A stretch of DNA of 63,996 nucleotides, counting the filler, from an uncultured bacterium (GTDB lineage: Bacteria; Hinthialibacterota; Hinthialibacteria; Hinthialibacterales; Hinthialibacteraceae): NCBI GenBank assembly GCA_964449065.1. It is 9 parts of 9 records of this genome, joined end to end, with 100 filler letters (N's around TTAATTAATTAA, not from the genome) between each part and the next. Parts side by side here need not be neighbours in the genome. Positions count along the whole stretch, not along the records: positions 37,752 to 45,067 come from CAYVAZ010000262.1; positions 45,168 to 52,478 come from CAYVAZ010000263.1; 7 more parts are not named here. One strand, 5' to 3'. The notes beneath the pieces are model-generated. The model saw nothing but the letters and a program-made list of their open reading frames with translations, was not told where the DNA came from and did no database searches. This document shows positions 41,390 through 51,265 of the stretch, piece after piece (the first letter of the stretch is position 1; the number at the start of each line of letters is the position of its first letter). The position numbers and the translations under genes were made by a program.

Positions 41390-41767
41390 GAACCAATTTT
41401 CGCTTTCCAATTCTTTTATTTGGTTTCGAAATATTATAACACAACCGTCGCGTGATTCAACTTTTCGTCATTCTTTTCGCCATTCTATTTTTGATAATTA
41501 TTCATGAGATATCACAAAGAATTCACTGGCTCTGTGCTGTAGTTTTGGGTCAATTTTTGGGGGTAGGGTTCGCCCGCCTGTTATGATGTTGGTATTTGTT
41601 ATCATTTCAAAATCGAAGCGATAATAAATCATGATTTATTACCTCCTTACGGCATCATGCCATACTGGCATATAGCATGAGCCGGTCATATCATGAAAGC
41701 GGGACGAACAGTTCTTATTTCAAGATGAAACTATCCATGATAAAGTAAAGTATCTTATGAGGGAGAA

Positions 41768-43624
41768 ATGAAAATGAGCTGGATACCCAAACTCAACCGC
41801 AGAGACTTTATCATCACCCCATGCGCGCTCATCAGCACAGGAATCGTATGCAATACCATCTCCGCATCCGCTGGGACGGGACTGAGCGAAGCGCAGCACA
41901 AATCGCTTATGCTGGCGTTGGAGCAGACTGACAGCAAATACGACGAAGACGAACAGATGGTGCGCGGCGGGGCTTCAAGTGTTGGTTATCACACGACGCT
42001 GAAAGCGGGGACACCGGTGCATCATACCCGTGGTTCTTTGCAATATGCCGCCGCGCTGATGGAGTCCGGCGTGGATTGGCGCATCGGGCGCGCGAAGAAA
42101 ATCATCCGCAAAGTGGTCTCGCTGCAAGATCAAAATCCCGAAAACAAAACCTACGGTATCTGGTCGTGGTATCTGGAAGAACCGCTGGAAGAGATGTCTC
42201 CGCCGGATTGGAACTGGGCGGATTTTTGCAGCGTGCAGCTGCTGAAAGTATGGATTGATCACCAAGATTTACTGGAAGATGACCTCAAAACGTTGATACA
42301 GGATTCCATCATCCATGCGGCCCATTCCATCAAGCGCCGCAATGTCGGCCCCGGCTACACCAACATCGCTATGATGGGGACGTATGTCACGGTGACTGTT
42401 GGCGAGCGCATGGATGAGTCGGAAATCCACCAATACGGCAAGGACCGTCTGCGCCGGGTGCATAAGTTTACCATGGATAACGGCTCGTTTCGGGAATACA
42501 ACAGCTCGACCTATACCGTGGTCGCGATTGCCGAAATTTCGCGGATGTTGATGCACTTTCAGAATGAAGAAGACCGCAAACTCGCAGCCGATATGCACGA
42601 CCTGGCGTGGAAGCATCTTGCTACGCACTTCCACGCGCCCACACGGCAGTTGGCGGGGCCGCAAAGCCGGTGTTATTCCACCGATTTAAGCAAGCGGGAA
42701 TCCACCCTGGCGTTTTTGGAGATTGCGACCGGGGCGACCGGAATGTTGTTGCAGGAAGATCCGCTGCCGATGGGGCTGGAACACAGCACGCTAAAAATCC
42801 ATTGCCCGGAAGAGTTTCGGGAGATGTTCTTTAAACTCGATGAACCGCGCGAAGTGGTGGAGGTGTTTTCGAAAGAATCGAACCCTGATAGAAAAGATGT
42901 TATCGGCACAACCTACCTGCATCCGCTTTATACATTGGGTTCGGTAAACCGGGGAGACTTTTGGATACAGCGCCGCCCCATTCTCGCCTATTGGGGAACC
43001 AAAGAGAAGCCAACGTATTTACAAGTACGCTTTTTAAAAGACAATTATGACTTTTCATCCGCTATCCCCATTTCTGTGCAGAAAGGCAATCGTCTACTTA
43101 CTGTTGTTGCCTTTGCAACCGATTATGGCGATACCCACATCAGTTTGGATAAGGTGAAAGACGCAACCATCAAAGCGAAAGATTTACGATTGCGGTTTGA
43201 GTTTGGTGGAAATCTTGATGACTTACAACTATCCAATTCAAATCAAGGTAAAACCATTTTTGTGATGAAGCATGATAAAGTTCGTATGGGTTTGGATATG
43301 TTCGCTTCCGCGTTTGATGGACACGAAATTCAATTTGAAATTAATGAAGAAAATCAGAAGAAATCCGTTGACTTAATTTGTTATCATAGTGAGGAAGAAA
43401 GTGTGATTCGGTTGGATGAATTGCAGGAATCGTTTATTGCTTTTGTGATGGATATCCATGAAAATGCAGGTATGTCCTTCGCCCACGATGCGAAACGGGA
43501 TGGCGATGTGTTTTCAGCCGGATGGAAACAGCATAACGGTCCCGAAGGTGAATTGCCCAAACTACAAGTGCCAATAAGGCCGGCCAAGCTCGGCGCCATC
43601 CATCATGGCTATAAGGTGTTCTAA
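41768..43624 (+). CDS. Putative Tat-exported protein, possibly alpha/alpha-barrel lyase/heparinase-like
   Basis: NRRDFI twin-arginine motif; DWNWADF, YTNI, FREYNSSTY, AGPQSRCY. Confidence 0.6.
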   Translation: MKMSWIPKLNRRDFIITPCALISTGIVCNTISASAGTGLSEAQHKSLMLALEQTDSKYDEDEQMVRGGASSVGYHTTLKAGTPVHHTRGSLQYAAALMESGVDWRIGRAKKIIRKVVSLQDQNPENKTYGIWSWYLEEPLEEMSPPDWNWADFCSVQLLKVWIDHQDLLEDDLKTLIQDSIIHAAHSIKRRNVGPGYTNIAMMGTYVTVTVGERMDESEIHQYGKDRLRRVHKFTMDNGSFREYNSSTYTVVAIAEISRMLMHFQNEEDRKLAADMHDLAWKHLATHFHAPTRQLAGPQSRCYSTDLSKRESTLAFLEIATGATGMLLQEDPLPMGLEHSTLKIHCPEEFREMFFKLDEPREVVEVFSKESNPDRKDVIGTTYLHPLYTLGSVNRGDFWIQRRPILAYWGTKEKPTYLQVRFLKDNYDFSSAIPISVQKGNRLLTVVAFATDYGDTHISLDKVKDATIKAKDLRLRFEFGGNLDDLQLSNSNQGKTIFVMKHDKVRMGLDMFASAFDGHEIQFEINEENQKKSVDLICYHSEEESVIRLDELQESFIAFVMDIHENAGMSFAHDAKRDGDVFSAGWKQHNGPEGELPKLQVPIRPAKLGAIHHGYKVF

Positions 43625-43629
43625 AGCGG

Positions 43630-44817
43630 ATGCTCACATCGTATAAGCGTGTGTGGATGATTGATGATTTGAGTTCGAAAGGGGCGCGTATCCTGATGCG
43701 CGGTTTGGCGGAAGGACTGCGCGAAAACGGCTTTGATGTACATGTTTTTGCCGCCGATCACCAGGACCCCACCGTGCTTGGCCGTATGAAAGAGGATTTG
43801 CTGGCGTGCGACCCCGATCTCATCGTTCTTGCCAATCATCCCATTCAGCACTTGCTTGATCAAATCAAGTTGGATTCATTCGAGTGCCCCACCATCGTGT
43901 GGCTGTTTGATGACCCTTACATCATGGGAGAAGAACTGTTCCAACAGCATGAAACCGTCTTTGCTGCCGATCCGTCCTTCATCGAAGGCGCCAAAGCGCG
44001 CGGCGCGAAGCGGGTATTTTTTGTGCCTGTGGCTGCCCCGGAGTCATTGGAGGCCGTAGCAGAAGAGAAATACCGCTTTCCCGTTGTGTATGCGGGTTCG
44101 ATTTTCATCAACGAAGCGTTCCGCCATACCATTTCGCCGCAGTTGCGGCCTATTGTGCGAGAATTGATTCCGCGAAAATTAAAGCGCCCCACCGTGTCAT
44201 TTGATGAATTGCTCAACCGAATGGATACCGCAAAACTACTCAATCTGCAGCCGAACTTAACTCTCTCGATCACCCTGCCCCCCGGATTGACATATTTTTT
44301 GTACACCGAATGCAACCGGCATTGGCGGCTGCAATTCTTGCAGGCGTTAGAACCGCTTGGGCTTCATCTCTTCGGCAACAAAGCCTGGTTGAAATGCATC
44401 CCCAACAGTTTGAAGAAGCGTTTTCATCCGCCTATCGACGCGTTTACCGAGTATCCGTCATTGGTGAAGTCGGCCGCGGTTAACATCAACATCAACAGTT
44501 TGCAAGGAATTTCCGCACCGACCCTGCGCGATTTTCAAATCCCGTATTACGGCGGCTTTCAGTTATCCGCTGTATTTCAGGATAGAGTATCCGATTGGAG
44601 CGCACACGATGCAGAGAACCGCTTTCAGTTGGATCGATTCCCCTGGCCGGAAGCGGCCCAGACGCCGGAAGAACTGCATGATCTTGCCCAGCGTTATTTG
44701 GATGATGGGAAATCCCGGCAAGAATGGACAGCCCACGCGAATGAGGTCATTGAAACCCACCACACCTTCGCGCACCGCATTCAGCAGCTTATACCGTTAC
44801 AATTTAATTTTGTTTAA
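43630..44817 (+). CDS. CgeB-like (Glyco_trans_1_2) glycosyltransferase
   Basis: WLFDDP, NININS..PTLRDF..GGF, HTFAHRIQ. Confidence 0.8.
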   Translation: MLTSYKRVWMIDDLSSKGARILMRGLAEGLRENGFDVHVFAADHQDPTVLGRMKEDLLACDPDLIVLANHPIQHLLDQIKLDSFECPTIVWLFDDPYIMGEELFQQHETVFAADPSFIEGAKARGAKRVFFVPVAAPESLEAVAEEKYRFPVVYAGSIFINEAFRHTISPQLRPIVRELIPRKLKRPTVSFDELLNRMDTAKLLNLQPNLTLSITLPPGLTYFLYTECNRHWRLQFLQALEPLGLHLFGNKAWLKCIPNSLKKRFHPPIDAFTEYPSLVKSAAVNININSLQGISAPTLRDFQIPYYGGFQLSAVFQDRVSDWSAHDAENRFQLDRFPWPEAAQTPEELHDLAQRYLDDGKSRQEWTAHANEVIETHHTFAHRIQQLIPLQFNFV

Positions 44818-44944
44818 TTCTCCTACTAGAAACAAAGTTCGTCAAAGTTGAAATCACCAACCAATTCCCCCCCACCCAGCCTCCCCCATTCCATTGGGGA
44901 AGGAGCATTGTTTCATCATCATTTATTTGAATTCGTATTAGCAA

Positions 44945-45017
44945 CTGACGTTACGCAAAATTCTATACGGTAGGTATTGTTGCGAGCTTTAAATCCGTTT
45001 CGATAGTCACTAAATAA
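44945..45017. repeat. MITE end variant (GACGTTACGCAAAATTCTATACGG...), second copy from 59424
   Basis: About 70-bp near-identical pair. Confidence 0.75.
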
Positions 45018-45354
45018 TACCATTTCCAATTTGGATTGTTCACGAAAATCAAAACGGCTTAACAGATNNNNNNNNNNNNNNNNNNNNNNNNNNNNNNNNN
45101 NNNNNNNNNNNTTAATTAATTAANNNNNNNNNNNNNNNNNNNNNNNNNNNNNNNNNNNNNNNNNNNNAATAGTTGGCTCACAACAAAAACCATTTTTCAA
45201 GCAATAGACAATCATTGATTGCTTAACATCAGATTGTAAATTGTTAAGTCCATTTTTTTTTAGTTACTTTGAAAAAAAAATCTGACACTTTTTTCAAAAT
45301 GTTTATACTTCCAGTTAAGAATTATTTACTTACTTTGGTATGGTTGGGTGAGAT

Positions 45355-46914
45355 ATGAACTATTTTAAACCTTACAGTGGTCCGTGGACCAAAGAAGAAG
45401 CCGCACACCTCTTGCGCCGTGCCGGATTTGGCGGCCGCCCCGAAGAAATTCAATCGCTGGCGGATATGAGCATCGATGAAGCGGTTTCCAGCGTTTTGGA
45501 TTACCCCTCAGTCGATCAGCCTTATGAAGAACGTATCAATACTATACGCCGCCGCGGAAATTATTTGGGGGTTCTTTTTACCAATGATTTGAAGGACTTG
45601 CAATCGTGGTGGATTTACCGGATGCAATATGCCACCTTTCCGATGCAAGAGCAGTTAACCCTTTTTTGGCATGACCATTTCGTATCAGATTGGCCGACCG
45701 TACGCGGGGAGATACCGCAACAGGTGAACAATGGAAATGACGGCTCATTGGTCAACCAGCAGTGCAATCGGGGTACGTTGGGTGAAGATAAACAACGGCG
45801 GGAGAAAATCACGGTTCGTATTTTGCAGGAACAGAACCATTTGTTTCGTGAAGAAGGATTTAAAGCGTTTGGTGATTTGCTGCTAAAAGTAACCCGCAAC
45901 CCGGCCATGCTGATTTATTTGGATAACCACCTCAATACCAAAACCCGTCCCCAAGAAAATTATGCACGTGAATTGATGGAATTATTTTCGATGGGAGTGG
46001 GGAATTATTCCGAAGAGGATGTGCGGGAAGTGGCGCGCGCGTTAACCGGAGAAGGGCTTAATCGACGCTGCGATCAAGATTTTCCATTTTCGCACCGGTT
46101 TATACGCGGTTTGCATGATCAAGGAGAGAAGACCGTATTCGGTTCTACATTCAATGACTGGCGGATTAGCGGTGAAGACACCGAAACCGTGATCAATTTG
46201 GTTTTGGAGCGCGTCAGCAAAAGCGGGATTACTCCCGCGCACGACCGTCTTCCGGCTACCGCGGTTTATATGACTTGGAAGTTATTGAATTGGTTTGTGG
46301 GTGAAGAAATCCCGATTGATCATCCGGCGGTGGAGGAGTTGGCGGAACCGTTTTATGAACATCAGCCCAACGGCTACCGGTATGATGTTCGGGAACTGCT
46401 GCGCACGGTATTGACTTCCGACTTTTTCTACTCGGATGAATTTCGTTGGAAGATGTATAAGCATCCGGCCGATTATATCGTGATGGCGTTGCGTAATTTG
46501 GATGTGGAAGAGATTAGTTATCACGACGGCGCGGCCATGATGATGCGTGAGATGGGGATGAGTTTGTTTGAGCCGCCCAATGTCGCGGGATGGAATCACG
46601 GAAAATCATGGATTAACTCGGGCAATATTTTGGGACGGTTTAATTACGCGGATCATTTTTCCACACGACGGATTATAAGCAACCGTTATTGTGATGATTT
46701 GATTGCAAACGGGTTTATCGAAAATGAAGAAGATTTTGATGGTATGATTGAATATCACCGTGAGCGGTTATTGCAAACATCGCTTTTGGATCAAGAGTAT
46801 TCGATTCTACGGAACTTTTTACGCCGGATTGTCAGCGGCCGGGATATTTATTACCGCAGAATTCGCGGTTTGGTGTATTTGATGCTGACAATGCCGAAAT
46901 ATCAACTTAAGTAG
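45355..46914 (+). CDS. DUF1800 family protein
   Basis: AAHLLRRAGFG, LTLFWHDHF, PAMLIYLDN, ENYARELMELF, PPNVAGW. Confidence 0.93.
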   Translation: MNYFKPYSGPWTKEEAAHLLRRAGFGGRPEEIQSLADMSIDEAVSSVLDYPSVDQPYEERINTIRRRGNYLGVLFTNDLKDLQSWWIYRMQYATFPMQEQLTLFWHDHFVSDWPTVRGEIPQQVNNGNDGSLVNQQCNRGTLGEDKQRREKITVRILQEQNHLFREEGFKAFGDLLLKVTRNPAMLIYLDNHLNTKTRPQENYARELMELFSMGVGNYSEEDVREVARALTGEGLNRRCDQDFPFSHRFIRGLHDQGEKTVFGSTFNDWRISGEDTETVINLVLERVSKSGITPAHDRLPATAVYMTWKLLNWFVGEEIPIDHPAVEELAEPFYEHQPNGYRYDVRELLRTVLTSDFFYSDEFRWKMYKHPADYIVMALRNLDVEEISYHDGAAMMMREMGMSLFEPPNVAGWNHGKSWINSGNILGRFNYADHFSTRRIISNRYCDDLIANGFIENEEDFDGMIEYHRERLLQTSLLDQEYSILRNFLRRIVSGRDIYYRRIRGLVYLMLTMPKYQLK

Positions 46915-46923
46915 AGGAAACCG

Positions 46924-48264
46924 ATGAACATGAACCGCCGATCTTTTTTTCAAACCGGTTTATCCGGTTTGGCCTATTACTCCACCGTTTCCACGACGCC
47001 GTTATGGATCAGTAAAAGTGCCGGCGCCTTGAGTTCGCTGGACGGTGATGACGACCGTATTTTGGTAATCTTGCAGCACGGTGGCGGGCTTGATGGATTG
47101 AATACAGTGATTCCACGCACCGACCCTGTGTATTATGACGACCGTACCCGGCCGAGTATTCATGTAAGAAAAGGGACGGAAATCAACCTGGATGGCGAGA
47201 ACGGGCTGCATCCCAATTTGTTTAACCTGGCGGATTGGTATCAAAAGGGAAAGATGGCGGTGGTGCAGAATGTGGGCTACCAAAACCCGAACCAGTCTCA
47301 TTTTACTTCGACGGATATTTATGAACATGCCATGAATCCGTTTGAGGGTGTGGATAAACGCGGTTGGGTGGCGCGGTATTACGATAACGCGTGTGATGGT
47401 GTGGATCCCGGCGTATTTGATATTGTCGCGGCTGGCAAGAAGAAGATTCCGGATGCCATAAACGGTTCGGCGGTATTAAACCCGCCCGCGATTGGGGATC
47501 CGAGAGATTATTCCTTTAACTTTGATGAAGATGCCAACGTGCGTTTGCGGGCGATGACCGCGCTCAACCAGATGGAGCGGGTCAGCCCGGAAATTGACTT
47601 TTTGCAGCGCAGTTATAACACAACGGAAGTGTCTGTGCAGGATATCCGCAAGGCGGACAATTTGCCCACGCTGGTCCCGCAGAACCAATATCCCAATAAC
47701 GATTTTGGACGTGGTTTGAAGCTGGTATCTAAGATTATCCGCTCCGGCTTTAAGACCAAAGTGTTTTATGTGAGCCAGACCGGGTATGACACACACGCCA
47801 ATCAAGTGAATTCAAATTCGGGAAACCAATTTGGCAGGCACCCGCAATTGTTGGGGCAGTTTGACAGCGCGGTGAACGCGTTTTTGCGCGAGATGGAATT
47901 CACGGGCAATCTTGAACGGGTTTTAGTATTGACCTTTTCGGAATTCGGCCGCCGAGTGCGGGAGAATGGCAGCAATGGGACCGACCACGGCGCGGCGAAC
48001 TGTTTGTTCGCGTTTGGCGGACAGGTGCAGGGAGGCATTTACGGCGGGCAGCCGGATTTGGAAGACCTGCATAAAGGCAATTTGAAGTATAAGATCGATT
48101 TCCGCTCGGTGTACGCGCAGGTGATCGAGAACTGGCTGGGCAGTGAAGCGGCCCCGATATTGGGTGAAGAGGATTACAACACGATTTTGAAGAAAGAGAT
48201 GGCGGAGATTCCCTTCTTGCCGCAGGTTGAGAGCACCGCGGTGCCGCAGTGGAGTTTGTATTGA
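46924..48264 (+). CDS. DUF1501 family protein, Tat signal, ending TAVPQWSLY
   Basis: NRRSFF, GGLDGLNTV, NQSHF, YDTHANQ, SEFGRR..GTDHG, DFRSVY. Confidence 0.93.
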   Translation: MNMNRRSFFQTGLSGLAYYSTVSTTPLWISKSAGALSSLDGDDDRILVILQHGGGLDGLNTVIPRTDPVYYDDRTRPSIHVRKGTEINLDGENGLHPNLFNLADWYQKGKMAVVQNVGYQNPNQSHFTSTDIYEHAMNPFEGVDKRGWVARYYDNACDGVDPGVFDIVAAGKKKIPDAINGSAVLNPPAIGDPRDYSFNFDEDANVRLRAMTALNQMERVSPEIDFLQRSYNTTEVSVQDIRKADNLPTLVPQNQYPNNDFGRGLKLVSKIIRSGFKTKVFYVSQTGYDTHANQVNSNSGNQFGRHPQLLGQFDSAVNAFLREMEFTGNLERVLVLTFSEFGRRVRENGSNGTDHGAANCLFAFGGQVQGGIYGGQPDLEDLHKGNLKYKIDFRSVYAQVIENWLGSEAAPILGEEDYNTILKKEMAEIPFLPQVESTAVPQWSLY

Positions 48265-48281
48265 TGAGGTGAGAATTCCGG

Positions 48282-48744
48282 TCAGCGAATTTTAGAATGA
48301 GATAAATAAAATACTTTATTCATCATTTCACTCAATGAATTCTCATAAGCAACATGTTCTAATTCTCTGATGCAATTTCCAATTAGGATGCTATCCTGAT
48401 GGATGTAAATGATGCCTGTGAATTCGATTTTATCTTTTATCCTCTTGGCAGCTTCAATCAAGAAATCTTCATCCATTGTAAACATAATTCTGTTCAATTC
48501 GAATGCGCGGTCCAATAATTTCGCGTCATCAAAATGACGGGCATTATCTTCCGCAGCAGTTAGTACATCTATTCCTTTTAAACGCAATCCATTCGTTATG
48601 GCAGAATGGACGTGATGATCCATATAATACCACTTCAAATAAATAATGACTGATAAGCGCGGCGTAAGCCCAGCGAAAGGAAGATGTTAAGTATTCAATA
48701 TGCAGCCAATATCAAATTGCATAGGTATAATATTCTAATGCCAT
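48282..48744 (-). pseudogene. DUF5615 PIN-like toxin interrupted by MITE
   Basis: Removing 48628-48730 restores MALEYYMDHHV..., ATGA-type coupled to the upstream DUF433 stop. Confidence 0.85.
48628..48727 (+). mobile_element. 100-bp MITE with TAA target-site duplication
   Basis: TAA 48625-48627 | TACC...GGTA | TAA 48728-48730. Confidence 0.92.
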
Positions 48745-49054
48745 CAAACGATTCCTTTTGTTTTAAGGCGTGCTTGAAGTTCGGGCGATTCCAGTTGTTC
48801 TCTTAATTCTTCCGCTATCTGGCGGCTTTTTTCAATAGCGGTTTCCATTTGTTCTTTGTGGTCCCAATAGTAGGCCAGAGCGGAGTGGATTTGCCCCATG
48901 GTTAGATGGGGATACTCTTCATGCAATTCATTCGCGTTCATCCTTGATAGATGTGGCTCATAACGAGATGGATTATTTTGAACTGTGTCCCGTTAATGAT
49001 GGGCACGTTCTTTTCATTCAGTACGATGTGTTCGTAACCGGTTTCGGTTATCAT
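48744..49054 (-). pseudogene. DUF433 antitoxin, 1-nt deletion near 48941
   Basis: MITETGYEHIV..PIINGT..YQG, then shifted (W)NANELHEEYPHLTMGQIHSALAYYWDH. Confidence 0.85.
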
Positions 49055-49272
49055 GGTGTATCCTTGTCAGAGTTCAAAAGTAGTTATGTAATTTTACCTT
49101 GTTGATATGGTAACCGCAAATGAAATTTAGGATTCATTTGAAATGGGAATCACATGCATATGGAATAAATCTATTTGTTGATCGAAATAAAATAGGAAGA
49201 AATGAATGTTGTGGTTTGAAACAAGATAGAATATAATATAAAGTAAACATCCATGTTAAACGTGCTGCAAAG

Positions 49273-49572
49273 ATGGAAAAAAAAAGTAAAACGCAAAATA
49301 CAAATTATCCCCATATCGTGAAAACCGCTGGTGTATGCGGAAACCAAGCAGTGATTGAAGGTACGCGGATTGCTGTATGGCACATCGTCGGTTTTTATTA
49401 TGCATTAGGTATGTCAGTAGAGGGTATCGTGACGGAATGGGACTCATTAACTCCCGCGCAAGTATTTAGCGCCCTCGCTTATTACCATGATCATCAACAA
49501 GAAATCGATCAAATACGCAACCAAAATAGTTACGAATTCTGGTTAGAAACTCATGCCCAAACGGTTGCATAA
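49273..49572 (+). CDS. DUF433 antitoxin
   Basis: GVCGNQAVIEGTRIAV..LTPAQVFSALAYYHDH. Confidence 0.9.
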   Translation: MEKKSKTQNTNYPHIVKTAGVCGNQAVIEGTRIAVWHIVGFYYALGMSVEGIVTEWDSLTPAQVFSALAYYHDHQQEIDQIRNQNSYEFWLETHAQTVA

Positions 49573-49921
49573 ACCAATAAAACTATATCTAAATGAGCAT
49601 CTTTCTCCCCGCTTAGCGAATCAAATCCGGCAGTATGGTTTTGATGCAGTCTCATCGCAAGAAGCCGAAATGTTATCCGAAACCGATGAAGCCCAATTGG
49701 ATTGGGCAGCCAAAGAACAACGTGCTATATTAACCTTCAATGTAGTTGATTTCATGGTTCTGCATCAAAAATAATTGTCCGAAAATCGTGATCACTTTGG
49801 AATAATTTTTTCAGCAGAAGAAACATTACCGGTTCTATTGCGTAGATTGTTACGACTACTTTATACTCTAACATCTGAAGACATCAAAAACCAAGTTTAT
49901 TGGTTGAATGCATTTCGATAA
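49553..49921 (+). pseudogene. DUF5615 PIN-like toxin with in-frame TAA at 49772-49774
   Basis: KLYLNEHL..LTFNVVDF..HQK*LSENRDHFGII..LLRRLLRLL..KNQVYWL. Confidence 0.85.
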
Positions 49922-49934
49922 ATTTCTCTACCGA

Positions 49935-50909
49935 TTATTGAGTCAATCGTTCCACCAGGAATTTATTAAAGGCCTGCATGTCTTTCCATTTGGCGGCGAC
50001 GGACATTTTGGTGCCGTGTTCTTCATCGATTTTGGTGTAGCCGTCGTCGGTAACGGCTATCGGTAGTTCTTCCATGTGCAACAATTCTTCCGACATGGCC
50101 AAGTACACTGCTACGGTATCAAATAGGGTTGAACTTTGCTTGTCACACAGTTCTTTGTTGAAGAAGCCTTGGTTGGGGCACCAATATTCATAGTTTTTGA
50201 TGATGGCTTGGGCGATGGGATCATCCGAAGTTTTGACTTTTTGATAGAGATCTCCTTTTAATACCACCAAGCCGCATGTGTCTAATGGGGTGATGGTGAT
50301 ATCCCACGGGGCGGAAAGAACGGTTTGGCAGGCTTCCGCGTCCGCGCGGACGTTGTATTCGGCGGAGACTTTTTCGCTGCCGCCGTAGCCCAAACGCACG
50401 CTGCCGTGCATACCGATGAAGTCGGCTTTTTCGGCGATTTTGGGTTCACGCTTCAACGCTTCCGCGATGTTGGGCAGCGGGCCGACTGCAATCAACTTGA
50501 TTTTTTCATCGGAGTTCATGATGGTATCGATAATCGCTTGGACACCGTCTTCTTTGATCTCGCCGGGGAAATCGGAGAGGTTGTAATCTTTCACCCATTC
50601 GGCTTGGGGGCCGTCGCCCTCACGACCGACATCCAATCCCAATCCGACCGGGATATCCGTGCGGCCAGCCACTTCCAAAAACTTGGCGAATAGTTTGGCG
50701 CGGTACTCGGTGCGGCCTTGGTCGCCGACTACCAGTTTCACATCGAATTCAGGTGATGAGAGCAGAAGTCCCAATGCCCAGGTATCGTCGATATCGTCGC
50801 CGATGTCGGAATCATAGATGACGGGAATTTTTTGCGCGTAAACATCCGTGATCATAGTTGAGAATGCGAGTACAAGACCTAAGCCGAAAATCCAAAGTTG
50901 TTTAAACAT
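49935..50909 (-). CDS. Secreted inosine/uridine-preferring nucleoside hydrolase family protein
   Basis: Signal peptide; DSDIGDDIDD, GPLPNIA, AEYNV. Confidence 0.88.
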   Translation of the reverse strand: MFKQLWIFGLGLVLAFSTMITDVYAQKIPVIYDSDIGDDIDDTWALGLLLSSPEFDVKLVVGDQGRTEYRAKLFAKFLEVAGRTDIPVGLGLDVGREGDGPQAEWVKDYNLSDFPGEIKEDGVQAIIDTIMNSDEKIKLIAVGPLPNIAEALKREPKIAEKADFIGMHGSVRLGYGGSEKVSAEYNVRADAEACQTVLSAPWDITITPLDTCGLVVLKGDLYQKVKTSDDPIAQAIIKNYEYWCPNQGFFNKELCDKQSSTLFDTVAVYLAMSEELLHMEELPIAVTDDGYTKIDEEHGTKMSVAAKWKDMQAFNKFLVERLTQ

Positions 50910-50953
50910 TTTACCTCTCCCAAGCAGAATTATTCCAGAAATTAATTTACGTA

Positions 50954-51228
50954 CTCATGTTACGCATTCATTACGACATGCTCGTTATCTGAATCGTTCG
51001 CTGAATCTATCGCCCTCGCCCACCGGGAGAGGGTAGGGGTGAGGGGTCGGGAGGAATAAACCTCTAATTACGCTACTGCGTCATGGGGAGCAATCGCTCT
51101 CATCGCCCTCATCTCTTATCTTCTCCCAAAGGGAGAAGACGATAGACACTGCGTTTGACTTAGAATAGTTTGCTCACAACAAAAACCATTTTTCAAACAA
51201 TAGTCAATCATTATTTGCGTAACATCAA
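50954..51228. mobile_element. Complete 275-bp MITE with 7-bp TSD TTACGTA
   Basis: TIR CTCATGTTACGCA / TGCGTAACATCAA; TTACGTA at 50947-50953 and 51229-51235. Confidence 0.88.
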
Positions 51229-51265
51229 TTACGTATTCTAATCATTTTGTTTCTATAAATATAGT

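Noticed and set aside
34789..49774. Stop-codon reassignment or programmed frameshifting to explain broken toxins
   Set aside because: TAA terminates normal genes here (pckA, gnd), the lesions are heterogeneous, and no shared slippery motif was seen
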